Shown piece after piece: positions 48,478-57,977 of a DNA stretch of 64,000 nt. Source of the stretch: a virus. The position numbers and the translations under genes were made by a program. Below the pieces are notes generated by a model that was not told the origin of the DNA, did not search any database, and saw only the letters and a list, made by a program, of their open reading frames with translations. The DNA lies in the IMG/VR virus record IMGVR_UViG_3300020156_000004, positions 1 through 64,000 of that record. One strand, given 5' to 3'. How positions within the stretch are numbered: the stretch's first letter is position 1; each line of letters begins with the position of its first letter.

Positions 48478-49200
48478 ATGGCTAAATTAAGCATGAAAGA
48501 AAGGTTGCTAGAGAAGCAACGTAAGTTAAGAGAAAAACGAGGCGGGCTATGGAGAACCATTAAAGAGGGAACTCTAAGAGCAAGGCCCCTTCCGATCAAA
48601 GAAGGCCAAGAATTTTCATTCGAGGTATTCATTATCTGGGCCAACAAGGATATAATGTTTATCTCACCCTCATCCATTGGTGAGAAATGCGCTTGGAAAG
48701 AAAAGTATGATGAGTTGATGGCCTCATCTGATGAGGCTGAGAGGAAGTTTGCCAAGAGCAAAATGTATATGCGGAAGAAATCATTGATGCCACACCTATT
48801 CTATTCTGACCCTAAAGGAAAGATCGAAGATGGTACCGGATTACTACTGCTCTCACCCAATCAAACCGCAGAACTTATTGATCTATGGATGGATGATGAG
48901 GCTGGAGATTTCACTGACCCGATTCACGGTTATGATATTAAGTATAAGAGGGTAGGCTCAGGCAAGATGGACACCGAATATACCCAGAGTCGATGCAATC
49001 CAACCAAATTACCAAAGGAACACAGGGAACCCATAGACCTTGAAAAAATGATTCGGGATATGATACCTTCCTATAAACAAACCAAGAAATATGTAGAACA
49101 ATTCTTGGCTCTGGGTATGGAGACCGATGAGGATGAGGATGAAACAAGAAGCTCAAAGAAAAAGGACAAGAAGAAGAAAAAGAAATCCAGAGACCTCTAA
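48478..49200 (+). CDS. putative single-stranded DNA-binding protein
   Basis: 240 aa ORF with an acidic C-terminal tract METDEDEDE followed by a K-run. It lies directly upstream of the RecA-like gene. The call rests on position and composition only. Confidence 0.35.
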   Translation: MAKLSMKERLLEKQRKLREKRGGLWRTIKEGTLRARPLPIKEGQEFSFEVFIIWANKDIMFISPSSIGEKCAWKEKYDELMASSDEAERKFAKSKMYMRKKSLMPHLFYSDPKGKIEDGTGLLLLSPNQTAELIDLWMDDEAGDFTDPIHGYDIKYKRVGSGKMDTEYTQSRCNPTKLPKEHREPIDLEKMIRDMIPSYKQTKKYVEQFLALGMETDEDEDETRSSKKKDKKKKKKSRDL

Positions 49201-49227
49201 TTTACTCACCCCTAATCATAAATAATC

Positions 49228-50355
49228 ATGGCAAAAAAATCAGGCGATAAGATTCTAAGCCCAGCGGAAATGAAAAGGAAATTCCCTTCTTCCGGCAAGG
49301 CTTCTGAAATCTACCTCGATGCTGATTCTTCTCTATGGTTGCCCTCAAGAATACTAGCCTTCAATCACATGATTGGAGGCGGTATTCCGTATGGGAAAAT
49401 CATGGACCTGCACGGTGAGGAATCGGCAGGTAAGAGTTTATTATCTACGGACTTTGCATACACTACTCAGGCTTTGGGGGGTAAGGTATTATGGATAGAT
49501 GCCGAGGCAGCATTTGATCCGGCCTGGGTTTCTAATCAGGGAGTTGACCCAGATAAGATAGAGATACTGAAGGATGAGAACATGCTCGAGGTAATATCCG
49601 ATTGGATTAAGTATCAGGTTCTTTATTGGAGGTCTAAGTTAGTTAACAATGAGCCCATCCTCATCATTCTTGATTCGATTGCTAATACTGATACCCGTGA
49701 TAACCTAGAAACAGATTCACAGGATAAGAAAGCCGAGATGGGTAAGAGAGCCTCCAAGGTATATGAATTACTCCGGGCAAGGAGTACATACATATCCAAA
49801 TACGGGGCCATCATGATTGGTATTAATCAATTAAGACAGAAGGTCGGAGCAGGAATGTTTGAGGACCCAGATACGGTACCAGGTGGACAGGCAATGAAAT
49901 TCTATGCTTCCCAAAGAATAGGGCTTTATAGGGGTAAGATGGTTAAGGATAAGGATAAGAACCCCGTGGGAAATGTAACTTATATGAGGACCAAGAAGAA
50001 CAAGGTAGCACCACCCAAAAAGAATATCAAGGGTGAGTTCTATTATGAGACTTACAATGGTATGTTAGGTTATAATAAATACCTGGGTTTCTTACCCATC
50101 CTATTGGAAAAGGGAATCGTTGAGAGAAAGGCTGGAAAGATATACTATAAGGGTGAGTTACTTTGCTCCTACAAAGAGGAAGATGAAATGCCCTTCATTA
50201 GGATGATCTTGAAGAAGGAAAAACTCCGAGCTAACCTGATTAGAAAGTCAGGTATTAATTCGGTATCAAAAATGAAGGAAAAATTAGGCTCTATAAAAAA
50301 GAACCTATATCCAGTAAAAGTTAAATCTAAAGACGATGGCCAGGACGACGAATAA
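49228..50355 (+). CDS. RecA/UvsX-family recombinase
   Basis: Walker A HGEESAGKS, Walker B ILIILDSIAN, and GINQLRQKVG in the L1/L2 region. Confidence 0.85.
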   Translation: MAKKSGDKILSPAEMKRKFPSSGKASEIYLDADSSLWLPSRILAFNHMIGGGIPYGKIMDLHGEESAGKSLLSTDFAYTTQALGGKVLWIDAEAAFDPAWVSNQGVDPDKIEILKDENMLEVISDWIKYQVLYWRSKLVNNEPILIILDSIANTDTRDNLETDSQDKKAEMGKRASKVYELLRARSTYISKYGAIMIGINQLRQKVGAGMFEDPDTVPGGQAMKFYASQRIGLYRGKMVKDKDKNPVGNVTYMRTKKNKVAPPKKNIKGEFYYETYNGMLGYNKYLGFLPILLEKGIVERKAGKIYYKGELLCSYKEEDEMPFIRMILKKEKLRANLIRKSGINSVSKMKEKLGSIKKNLYPVKVKSKDDGQDDE

Positions 50356-51274
50356 TGTACCAGAAAATGACCCCCCAGTATTCGTATTCGATGGTATGAA
50401 TCTGGCTCACACTGCTTTCCATGCCTATCAAAAACTTACCTTCAAAAAGAAATCAGTATCTATGATCTATGGAGTGCCCGAAATTATCCGGGCATTCCTT
50501 CAAAGATATAACCCCCAAAGGGTAGTGGTAGTATGGGATGGAGATATGCACCCTGAAAGATTGCATCTGCTTCCTACCTATAAATCGCACAGAAGAAAGA
50601 ACCAGGACCCTAAGGCCAGAAGCCGATTCATCAAACAGATAATGAAGGTAAGAAAGATACTTTATGCCTTAGGAATACCTCAGGTTTGGAATAAGGATAT
50701 TGAAGGGGATGATATGATGTACCTGGTAGTTCAAAGGCTTAAGAAGTCAATGGATAATTGTAAGATCAGGGTGGTATCGGGTGATAAGGATATGCTTCAG
50801 ATGGTTGATGATAGAGTATGGGTAGAGGCACCAAGGATTGATTCAGCCATAAATACAGTAGCCTTATTCAAAGCCCATACCTCATTGAACTTCCCTAAGC
50901 AACACATTGATTACCTATGCCTGGTGGGTGATGATTCAGATGATATACCTGGTTACCTAGGAATAGGACCGGTTAAGGCTAGAGAATTTTTGGATAAATG
51001 GGGTTCAATAGAGAAGTTTCTAGCGAAGAAGTCTAATATCCATAGAGGAATCAAAAGGAAAAGACTTCGCAGACTATGGAAGCGGAATCGAACCCTCATA
51101 GACCTTGAATACTTCTGCAAGAAACAAAAATATACTGCGGAAGATATTACCTATTACCGGGATAAGAGAGAACCCCTATTCAATGAAGAAAGATTCATTA
51201 CCCTATGCAAAAGATATGGCATGAATAAATTTCAAATGCCTTCATTCCAAGCACCATTTAAAAAATTAACCTAA
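50336..51274 (+). CDS. 5'-3' exonuclease / flap endonuclease (T4 RNase H-like)
   Basis: Acidic clusters VVWDGD, EGDDMM and SGDKDMLQ, plus an H3TH region LVGDDSDDIPGYLGIGPVKA. Confidence 0.9.
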   Translation: MARTTNNVPENDPPVFVFDGMNLAHTAFHAYQKLTFKKKSVSMIYGVPEIIRAFLQRYNPQRVVVVWDGDMHPERLHLLPTYKSHRRKNQDPKARSRFIKQIMKVRKILYALGIPQVWNKDIEGDDMMYLVVQRLKKSMDNCKIRVVSGDKDMLQMVDDRVWVEAPRIDSAINTVALFKAHTSLNFPKQHIDYLCLVGDDSDDIPGYLGIGPVKAREFLDKWGSIEKFLAKKSNIHRGIKRKRLRRLWKRNRTLIDLEYFCKKQKYTAEDITYYRDKREPLFNEERFITLCKRYGMNKFQMPSFQAPFKKLT

Positions 51275-51531
51275 TGGACACTTTACCATCCTATTCAATC
51301 ACCGCAAAAAAAGCAAGCAAAATGGCTAAGACCGCATCAGCCCTAAAAACCGAAAGCAATAACAAAAACATTTACGTTGCTATTCTGGCAGCCGCATCAT
51401 TGGGTAGAAAATTCTGCCTCATTCATTTCACAGTCAGTGGCCCTCAAAGGAAAGAGTTAGAGTTCCTGGGCTTCCAACTGGAGGCTTTGATAGGTGCAGA
51501 TGGAGCAGCTCTTAAAATTTCATGGCAATGA
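51274..51531 (+). CDS. hypothetical protein
   Basis: 85 aa ORF whose ends overlap the neighbouring genes. Confidence 0.4.
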   Translation: MDTLPSYSITAKKASKMAKTASALKTESNNKNIYVAILAAASLGRKFCLIHFTVSGPQRKELEFLGFQLEALIGADGAALKISWQ

Positions 51532-52499
51532 GTAAAATAGTTGCAATAGCCTTTTCTGATATTCATATCCATAATTTCAGGGCCTTCAATGATGGTAATT
51601 ATAACAGATTACAGGAGTCATTGAGGGCCCTGTATGAAATCGGGAAATTTGCTATAAAAAAGAATGTACCCCTTTTATTTACCGGTGATCTTATCCATGC
51701 ACCTAAGGAGATAGAGAACCCTACAATGACAGGACTTTTGGTAGTTTTAAAAAAACTATTCAAACACAAAAATTTCCGGTTAATCGCCATAAGTGGTAAT
51801 CACGATTTTTTTACTAGGAATACCCCACATGAAAGTAGCCCCTCTTACCTTGATGGCCTTTCTAAGGTATTCAAGAGATTCTATCATTTGAATAACTCTT
51901 GGTATTACGGCCCCGAGGAGAAGAGGGTATGTGTATATGGAATCCCTTATTATGACAATGATAAACATACCCAAGAAGCCATAAGGAAAGTAAACCCCGA
52001 TGATAGGCATTTTAATATCCTTATGCTACACTCCGATTTTCCTGGGGCTAAAACTCCTGAGGGAACTAAGGTTGGGGAAGTAGAGCAGATAAGTGCCAAA
52101 ATGCTCAAAAGATGGGATTTGGTGATTATGGGCCATATCCATATGCCTCAAAGACTTGCAAAGAATGTTTGGATGCTGGGACCTCCCATCCATCAAGACA
52201 GATCATCTATTGGGCAAAGATTCGGATTCTGGGTAATATACGATAATGGTGAAATGGTCTTTAGATGCCTGAATGATGAGTTTCCTTGTTTTATACCCGA
52301 GGGAAAGAAAGCCAAGGAAATTGATTACATTGTACCCAAAGAGGAAGATGCCCAGCTTACTGAGCAGGAGGCTGAAGATAAAACATTTCATGTGGCAGCA
52401 TCTTCCGATAAACTAACCAAAAGATACCTAAGGAAAAAAGGCATAAAGAGCAAGAAGAAAAGAAGAGCCCTTATAAAAATATTAAACGAAGTCAGGTAA
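51522..52499 (+). CDS. Mre11/SbcD-family nuclease (T4 gp47-like)
   Basis: Phosphoesterase motifs SDIHIH, GDLIH, GNHD, MLHSD and GHIH. Confidence 0.9.
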   Translation: MAMSKIVAIAFSDIHIHNFRAFNDGNYNRLQESLRALYEIGKFAIKKNVPLLFTGDLIHAPKEIENPTMTGLLVVLKKLFKHKNFRLIAISGNHDFFTRNTPHESSPSYLDGLSKVFKRFYHLNNSWYYGPEEKRVCVYGIPYYDNDKHTQEAIRKVNPDDRHFNILMLHSDFPGAKTPEGTKVGEVEQISAKMLKRWDLVIMGHIHMPQRLAKNVWMLGPPIHQDRSSIGQRFGFWVIYDNGEMVFRCLNDEFPCFIPEGKKAKEIDYIVPKEEDAQLTEQEAEDKTFHVAASSDKLTKRYLRKKGIKSKKKRRALIKILNEVR

Positions 52500-54373
52500 T
52501 GGTCAAGTTAGTAAGAGTCAAGGCAAAGGGATTTGGGTCAATAGTAGAAAAGGTAAAATATAAATTTGATAGACCCGGACTAAATATTATAACAGGACCT
52601 AATGGGGTAGGTAAGTCCACTCTATTTCAGCTAGTAACATACAATTGGTTCGGTCAAACCCTCAAGGTCGGTTCGTCCATTGGCACATGGGAGCATCTAT
52701 CCGATGGTAAGGGAACTTGGACAGAATCGGAGGTTCATAAAGATGGTAAGATTTACCGCATTGTAAGATGCAATGAATATACCGGGAAAATTGATGGTAA
52801 AAGGGGTAAGAATCAATTATTGGTTTATGAAGATGGTAAATTACTCCAATTAAAGGGAAAGGTCGATACTCAGAGATTCATAAATACCCTGGTGGGATAT
52901 TCCTATAATCTATTTAAAGCAGCAGTGGTTTTTGGTCAGGAAACCAAAAGATTAATGGAAGAAGATGGCCCAGCCAAGAAGAAAATCTTGGAGGAGGCTT
53001 TTGAGGCATCATACATATCCAAGGCTAAAGAGGTCGTAGAGAAAAGGTTAGGCATAAGATTAAAAGAGGAAGTGCAGGCAAATCACTTTAGGAAAATCAA
53101 ATTATCAACCTTAAAAGCCTCTAAGAAACTCTATGAGCAACAAAAAACACTTCAAGAAAGTTTTGAGTCAGATAAAGACCGGAAAATTAAAGCTCTCAAA
53201 AAAGAGATTAACGGCCTTAAAAAGGAAAAGGCTAAGAAAGAGGAAAGAATAAAAAAATTGGGTAATATCGAAAAGAGATTAGCAATCGTTACCCAAAAGG
53301 CCTTAGATTATAAACCTGATACTTCTCTGGAAGATCGGGAATTTCGGTTATCTATGCATACCCAGGCAGCCTTAGATAAAGTTGAGCAAAAGGTATCACT
53401 AATAGGCCAAATTAAGAAATCCACCTATGAGGCTTCAACCAAACCATGTGATAAATGTGGTCAAAAAATGGATTTGAAGGCTAGAGGTAAATTCTTACTT
53501 AAGGCTAAAGAAGAATTATCCAACCATAGAAAGGAACTAACCCAATTACAAGAAGAATACCGGGAAAAGAATAAGGAATGGCAGGAAGTGAAATCAAGTC
53601 TTTCTAGTCTTGAAAGGGATAAAAAGACATATCAGAATATCCTAATGGAGAAAAGAAAACTAGAGGACACCTTAGAAACCATAAAAGATGCCCGAAGGGA
53701 TATTCTGCATATAGATAAGGATATAAAGAAAATCAGGCTTCAGATCAAAGAAATCCGAAAAGAGGCCTTAGAAATAGACCTACCCGCCTTGGAACACAAG
53801 ATTAAAAGATGCCGAAGATCATTCCGTGAAGCCACGACAGCATGGAGAAAGATCAAATCCGAGGTGAGCCTGGATGAGTGGTTATTAAAAGACCCATTAT
53901 CTAATTCCGGGTTAAAGACCTATATCTTCAACACAATGCTTCAGAAACTCAATAGACACCTAATGAAATATTATGGTTATATAGGTTTTGGTTTATCAGT
54001 AGGAATGGATATGGAATCTGCCCGGAAAGACGTAGAGATCGTGATAACCAGTAAAGGTATGATAGGAATACCTTATCAGGATTTATCTAAAGGCCAAAAA
54101 CAATTAGCCAATATGGCCTTGATCTTTGCTATACACGACACAGTTACCGAAAGCAAACCCATCAATATTCTGATACTCGATGAAATCTTTGAAAGCCTGC
54201 ATAGGGATAATGTAGAGAAGATAGGAAGCATGATTCAGGCAAAGGCTAAGAATAAATCAATACACCTGATAACCCATTTAACCGACTTTAATCCGGTTAA
54301 TGCGTATCGTGTTAACATTCAATTAAATGAAAAGGGGCATACGGTAGTTTATTCCAAGCTTAAGGACTCGTGA
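52499..54373 (+). CDS. Rad50/SbcC-family ATPase (T4 gp46-like)
   Basis: Walker A GPNGVGKST, long coiled coil with a CDKCG zinc hook, signature LSKGQKQ, and Walker B ILILDEIF. Confidence 0.9.
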   Translation: MVKLVRVKAKGFGSIVEKVKYKFDRPGLNIITGPNGVGKSTLFQLVTYNWFGQTLKVGSSIGTWEHLSDGKGTWTESEVHKDGKIYRIVRCNEYTGKIDGKRGKNQLLVYEDGKLLQLKGKVDTQRFINTLVGYSYNLFKAAVVFGQETKRLMEEDGPAKKKILEEAFEASYISKAKEVVEKRLGIRLKEEVQANHFRKIKLSTLKASKKLYEQQKTLQESFESDKDRKIKALKKEINGLKKEKAKKEERIKKLGNIEKRLAIVTQKALDYKPDTSLEDREFRLSMHTQAALDKVEQKVSLIGQIKKSTYEASTKPCDKCGQKMDLKARGKFLLKAKEELSNHRKELTQLQEEYREKNKEWQEVKSSLSSLERDKKTYQNILMEKRKLEDTLETIKDARRDILHIDKDIKKIRLQIKEIRKEALEIDLPALEHKIKRCRRSFREATTAWRKIKSEVSLDEWLLKDPLSNSGLKTYIFNTMLQKLNRHLMKYYGYIGFGLSVGMDMESARKDVEIVITSKGMIGIPYQDLSKGQKQLANMALIFAIHDTVTESKPINILILDEIFESLHRDNVEKIGSMIQAKAKNKSIHLITHLTDFNPVNAYRVNIQLNEKGHTVVYSKLKDS

Positions 54374-54438
54374 GAATCCACTCGTAGACTTGAAAAGCAC
54401 CGGGACTATACTATCATATACCCCCAAACCCAAGATCA

Positions 54439-54960
54439 ATGAACTCCAGAAGTAAAGGGAATCGAAACGAACGTAAAGCCGCAGAGCTAATAAGTGTCTG
54501 GACAGGAAAGAAATTCGCCAAGACCCCTTCTTCTGGTGGTTTACAATGGAAGAAGTCGTTTTCCAAGGGTGATATAGTATGCACCGTTGAAGGCCACTTC
54601 TTTCCTTTTTGTGTAGAGGTCAAAGCCCATAAGGAAATAGACTTCTCACACCTACTCCTGAAAGAAATTAAACAACCCAAAATATTTGAATTTTGGGAAC
54701 AATGCGAAAGGGATGCGAAATTAGCCGAGAAGGTACCCATGCTCATGATGAGATATGATAGGTTACCTGCTGACTTTTTCTTTCTTGCATTACCAACTCA
54801 CTTCGTCCTTCAACTCAACCTCAAGTTCACAAAGGTATTGAGGTTTAGGGGTAAACATAACATCATAATTGTAGATTCAAGGGAGCTATTTGCCATGGAC
54901 TACAATGAGATTAAACCCCTAACCAAAAAATACCTTAAAAATGCCAAAAAAAGGAGATAG
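54439..54960 (+). CDS. PD-(D/E)xK nuclease, Holliday-junction-resolvase-like
   Basis: SKGNRNERKAAELI ... GDIVC ... VEVKAHKE fits the KG..E / D / ExK pattern of Hjc-type resolvases. Confidence 0.55.
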   Translation: MNSRSKGNRNERKAAELISVWTGKKFAKTPSSGGLQWKKSFSKGDIVCTVEGHFFPFCVEVKAHKEIDFSHLLLKEIKQPKIFEFWEQCERDAKLAEKVPMLMMRYDRLPADFFFLALPTHFVLQLNLKFTKVLRFRGKHNIIIVDSRELFAMDYNEIKPLTKKYLKNAKKRR

Positions 54961-55660
54961 GTACTTCTGCTGGCTCATTGCCTACATCGACTCCGACACA
55001 GTACACCTTGTTAAGAGAGAATTAAAAAGATACCTTGAATATAAGGAAGTAGAGGTATTCATTCCTACGGTAAAGGTACTCACCAAGACTTTCAAAGGTG
55101 AAGATAAATTTGATGAGGTACCCCTACTATTTCAATATGGCTTCTTTAAGGTGCCCAGGAAATTTGCAGTATCAGAAATTTACCTGGAGAACATGAAGAA
55201 TAATATTACTTGCATCTTCGGCTGGCTTAAAGACCCGCATAAGGTAATTGATGGGGAGCAAAACACCCGAAAGAAAAACATCCCTGACTCCGCTATACCC
55301 ATTGCCACAGCTACTTCAAGAGAGGTGGCCCAGCTGGTTAAAAAGGCTTTTGATTATTCTATTCATTCTTCGGAAGATATAGGGAGTATTAAACCCGGAG
55401 ACTACATAACACTCCGAGGGTACCCCTTTGACAACATGCAGGCTGAGATCATGGAGATTGATGCTGTGAAGAAGAAGGCTAAGGTAAAGATACACATACT
55501 GCATGGAGATAGGCCGGTAGATGTATCTTTCGATAATATCTTCTTTACCGTATACCAATCATACGACGACTCCCTGAGCAATGTTGATTCGCTCGACGAA
55601 TTGATGGCTAATAGAAAATCAAAACTCTTTAAAAAATTACCCGATGCGGGCACTGAATAA
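54941..55660 (+). CDS. NusG-like transcription elongation/antitermination factor (NGN plus KOW)
   Basis: NGN-like WLIAYIDSDTVHLVKRELKR...EVFIPTVKV...VPLLFQYGFFKVP and KOW-like IKPGDYITLRGYPFDNMQAEIMEID. Confidence 0.6.
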   Translation: MPKKGDRYFCWLIAYIDSDTVHLVKRELKRYLEYKEVEVFIPTVKVLTKTFKGEDKFDEVPLLFQYGFFKVPRKFAVSEIYLENMKNNITCIFGWLKDPHKVIDGEQNTRKKNIPDSAIPIATATSREVAQLVKKAFDYSIHSSEDIGSIKPGDYITLRGYPFDNMQAEIMEIDAVKKKAKVKIHILHGDRPVDVSFDNIFFTVYQSYDDSLSNVDSLDELMANRKSKLFKKLPDAGTE

Positions 55661-56558
55661 ACAGGCATGGGATAACCTAGACCCCCACGAACAAACAGCC
55701 CTCTCACTTAACTTTGCCTATGATAAGTCCACTTGGGAAGCTGGTGAGATCATGTCTAGGAGCCACTATAAGTACCTAGAGATCAAATCAAGGGCTGAAC
55801 ACTTCCTAAAGCTTTTTACCGAATATTACAAACTATGGAATAGGCTTATACCGGATGAGGTAACCGGAGATTCCATAGCCATTGAATACTTCAGATTATG
55901 CCTGGAGAAAAGACAGAAACCCAAATTAGCCATATTCAACATATCTGAGAGCCGAGGTAAGACCATAATGAAATCTAACCTGAATGCCAGGATAGAGAAA
56001 CAATTAAATGAGTGGGGTAAATCTGAACTTATTGCTGAGACCCAAGCCTACCACCTGATTAAGGACTTTGATAGATGGAATAACTTTAGGATATTACCCA
56101 AACACCTACAAGAACCTTCTGCCTTTAAAAGAAGGCTCAAGAATGTCTTTAAGAAACAATTAAAAACCCTAAGGGAACTGAATGAATTTAGCCTGGAGCA
56201 TTTAAAGAAATTAGTTAGAGCCACCAGAAAAGCCGATATAGAAAACTGTTTATATTTACCCATAATCGAAAAAGATGGAAAACCCAAAATTTACCGAATT
56301 AAAAACAAACCTAGCTACCTTGGGATTCTTGATGATCTTTCTCTGTATTATTTTCGAACTCCGGAACAAGCCGATGCCTACATTCGATTGTGTTGTTCTT
56401 ATCTGTTTAACCCTGAACGTTCATGCCAAGATGGCCTCAATTTTTGGCCAAAATTCCGAGAAGAAATAAAGAACGCAGCTAATTATGACTCCATTTGCAA
56501 TAAAGCTCCTCACCGGAAACACCTCGAAATAGCCTTCAGCAAGATAGAATATATTTGA
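55644..56558 (+). CDS. hypothetical protein with N-terminal sigma region-4-like HTH
   Basis: LDPHEQTALSLNFAYDKSTWEAGEIMSRSHYKYLEIKSRAEHFL resembles a region 4.2 / LuxR-type HTH. Confidence 0.35.
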   Translation: MRALNKQAWDNLDPHEQTALSLNFAYDKSTWEAGEIMSRSHYKYLEIKSRAEHFLKLFTEYYKLWNRLIPDEVTGDSIAIEYFRLCLEKRQKPKLAIFNISESRGKTIMKSNLNARIEKQLNEWGKSELIAETQAYHLIKDFDRWNNFRILPKHLQEPSAFKRRLKNVFKKQLKTLRELNEFSLEHLKKLVRATRKADIENCLYLPIIEKDGKPKIYRIKNKPSYLGILDDLSLYYFRTPEQADAYIRLCCSYLFNPERSCQDGLNFWPKFREEIKNAANYDSICNKAPHRKHLEIAFSKIEYI

Positions 56559-56589
56559 GGTGGATAAGATTATACCACCGGGTGGATAA
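56559..56589 (+). promoter_or_regulatory. two copies of a GGTGGATAA motif (first copy in the 15-mer GGTGGATAAGATTAT)
   Basis: The 15-mer at 56559-56573 is identical to 59538-59552. The second 9-mer lies at 56581-56589. CCACC at 56575-56579 forms an inverted repeat with both copies. Confidence 0.5.
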
Positions 56590-56627
56590 TAATTTAAATT
56601 GAGGTTTTTTCCTGGTTTATTTATCCT

Positions 56628-56635
56628 TATTTTTG
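56628..56635 (+). promoter_or_regulatory. TAnnTTTG box (Bacteroidota -7 element candidate)
   Basis: TATTTTTG lies 26 nt upstream of the ATG at 56661. Confidence 0.35.
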
Positions 56636-56660
56636 ATCTTCCATATTTATATATCACATT

Positions 56661-57290
56661 ATGAAAAAGACTAAAAAGAAGAAAAAGAAGGTACCCAAGG
56701 ACCTCCGACCCAAGACTCCTGGACTCCCTGAAAAGAAGGAGGAAGTATCTTACCGCAACGAAATGGGAGCGGATAGGATTCTTCCCCGGCTCAAATATAG
56801 GGAACTAAAGGAGGCTTGCATATTAAGGGGTATGAGTCCTAAAGATGTAGTAGAGGCAGATCATCACCGACTTGCCTCTTTCTTTGTCGAAAATTATGAT
56901 AAGGGAGAAGACCCAAGTCTACTGATTGCCTTTGACCAATTCGTGGAGGCAGATTTGGAAAGTAGGGGTCATAAGAAAGGGGACATGATGTTGTCCCCTT
57001 CCCTTCGCTTAAGCTACGTTGGCAAGATAGAGGATGCTAAAGAGATCAAGGTCATTAACAAACCCAAACCGGAGACTCCGAAGAAACCTCAGGAACCCCC
57101 TAAACCTAAGAGGGAAAAGGATGAAACCACCGGAATAATGAAGGGAACCAAGAAAGCCCTTCTCTTTGAGTTGGTTAAAAAGAAGTGGAAATTGGAAAAG
57201 ATCATGGCTGAGGTATTGAAGCAATTTCCCACTGCCAATGAAAAGTCTATGAAAATCTGGTACAAACAGGCAAAAGAAAAACTCAGATAA
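56661..57290 (+). CDS. basic protein with SAP/HeH-like DNA-binding motif
   Basis: N-terminal K-run MKKTKKKKKK. LPRLKYRELKEACILRGMSPKD resembles a SAP/HeH helix-extension-helix motif. There is also a PKPETPKKPQEPPKPKREK tract. Confidence 0.5.
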   Translation: MKKTKKKKKKVPKDLRPKTPGLPEKKEEVSYRNEMGADRILPRLKYRELKEACILRGMSPKDVVEADHHRLASFFVENYDKGEDPSLLIAFDQFVEADLESRGHKKGDMMLSPSLRLSYVGKIEDAKEIKVINKPKPETPKKPQEPPKPKREKDETTGIMKGTKKALLFELVKKKWKLEKIMAEVLKQFPTANEKSMKIWYKQAKEKLR

Positions 57291-57291
57291 T

Positions 57292-57558
57292 ATGGCAAAA
57301 AAGAAAACAGAATACCTGATCACGGACTTTACAATACCCTCTGGTGATACGGTTATAGTTCCCCCTAGACAAGAATTCAAAACCATAACATTTGGGTTTG
57401 ATGCTATGGATGTTGAGGGTAAATTAAATGAATTAAGAGAAGAATTTTATAGAAAGGGTATGTTTATAAAAAGCTTCAAGGTAATTCAAAGAACCACTGG
57501 ATTTAGTGCAGTAGCCGGGGGAAAGGTAGTAATCCTATTTGAAGAATTTAAACCATAA
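57292..57558 (+). CDS. hypothetical protein
   Basis: 88 aa ORF starting 2 nt after the upstream stop. Confidence 0.45.
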   Translation: MAKKKTEYLITDFTIPSGDTVIVPPRQEFKTITFGFDAMDVEGKLNELREEFYRKGMFIKSFKVIQRTTGFSAVAGGKVVILFEEFKP

Positions 57559-57714
57559 TTAAAAAATGGAAACCTTTTATATACCTAAAGACGATAGCCC
57601 AGCTGAAATGCAAAGATGGTTGAAAGCCGAAGGAATAGATTAGAAAAGATGAAACTATTAAAAGCCCCTATGGTTTTAATTAAAGACTGTTCATAACTAA
57701 TAAAAAAAAACTTT

Positions 57715-57975
57715 ATGGAATTACAGAAATTCGGCGGAAAATTTTGGTTCGGAACCCGGAAAGAAAAAATACCCTCGGGAGAAACTAAAGAGGTAACGGT
57801 TTTGGCATCATGGACTGTTACCTGGAAACATTACCTTGAATTTGGTTGGAGTAAACCAAAGTTCAAGGCATTTGTTATTTTTGAGGAAGCACAGGCATTT
57901 AAGGCAGCCTTGGAAGAAGCTTATAATATGATACAAATGGATAAAGATTATAGAGTGGAGATAACCCAAAATTAA
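57715..57975 (+). CDS. hypothetical protein
   Basis: 86 aa ORF. Confidence 0.45.
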   Translation: MELQKFGGKFWFGTRKEKIPSGETKEVTVLASWTVTWKHYLEFGWSKPKFKAFVIFEEAQAFKAALEEAYNMIQMDKDYRVEITQN

Positions 57976-57977
57976 AG

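Noticed and set aside
54414-54746. Minus-strand ORF of 110 aa overlapping the resolvase-like gene.
   Set aside because: The plus-strand ORF has a PD-(D/E)xK motif pattern and fits the same-strand operon. The minus ORF has no motif or promoter context.
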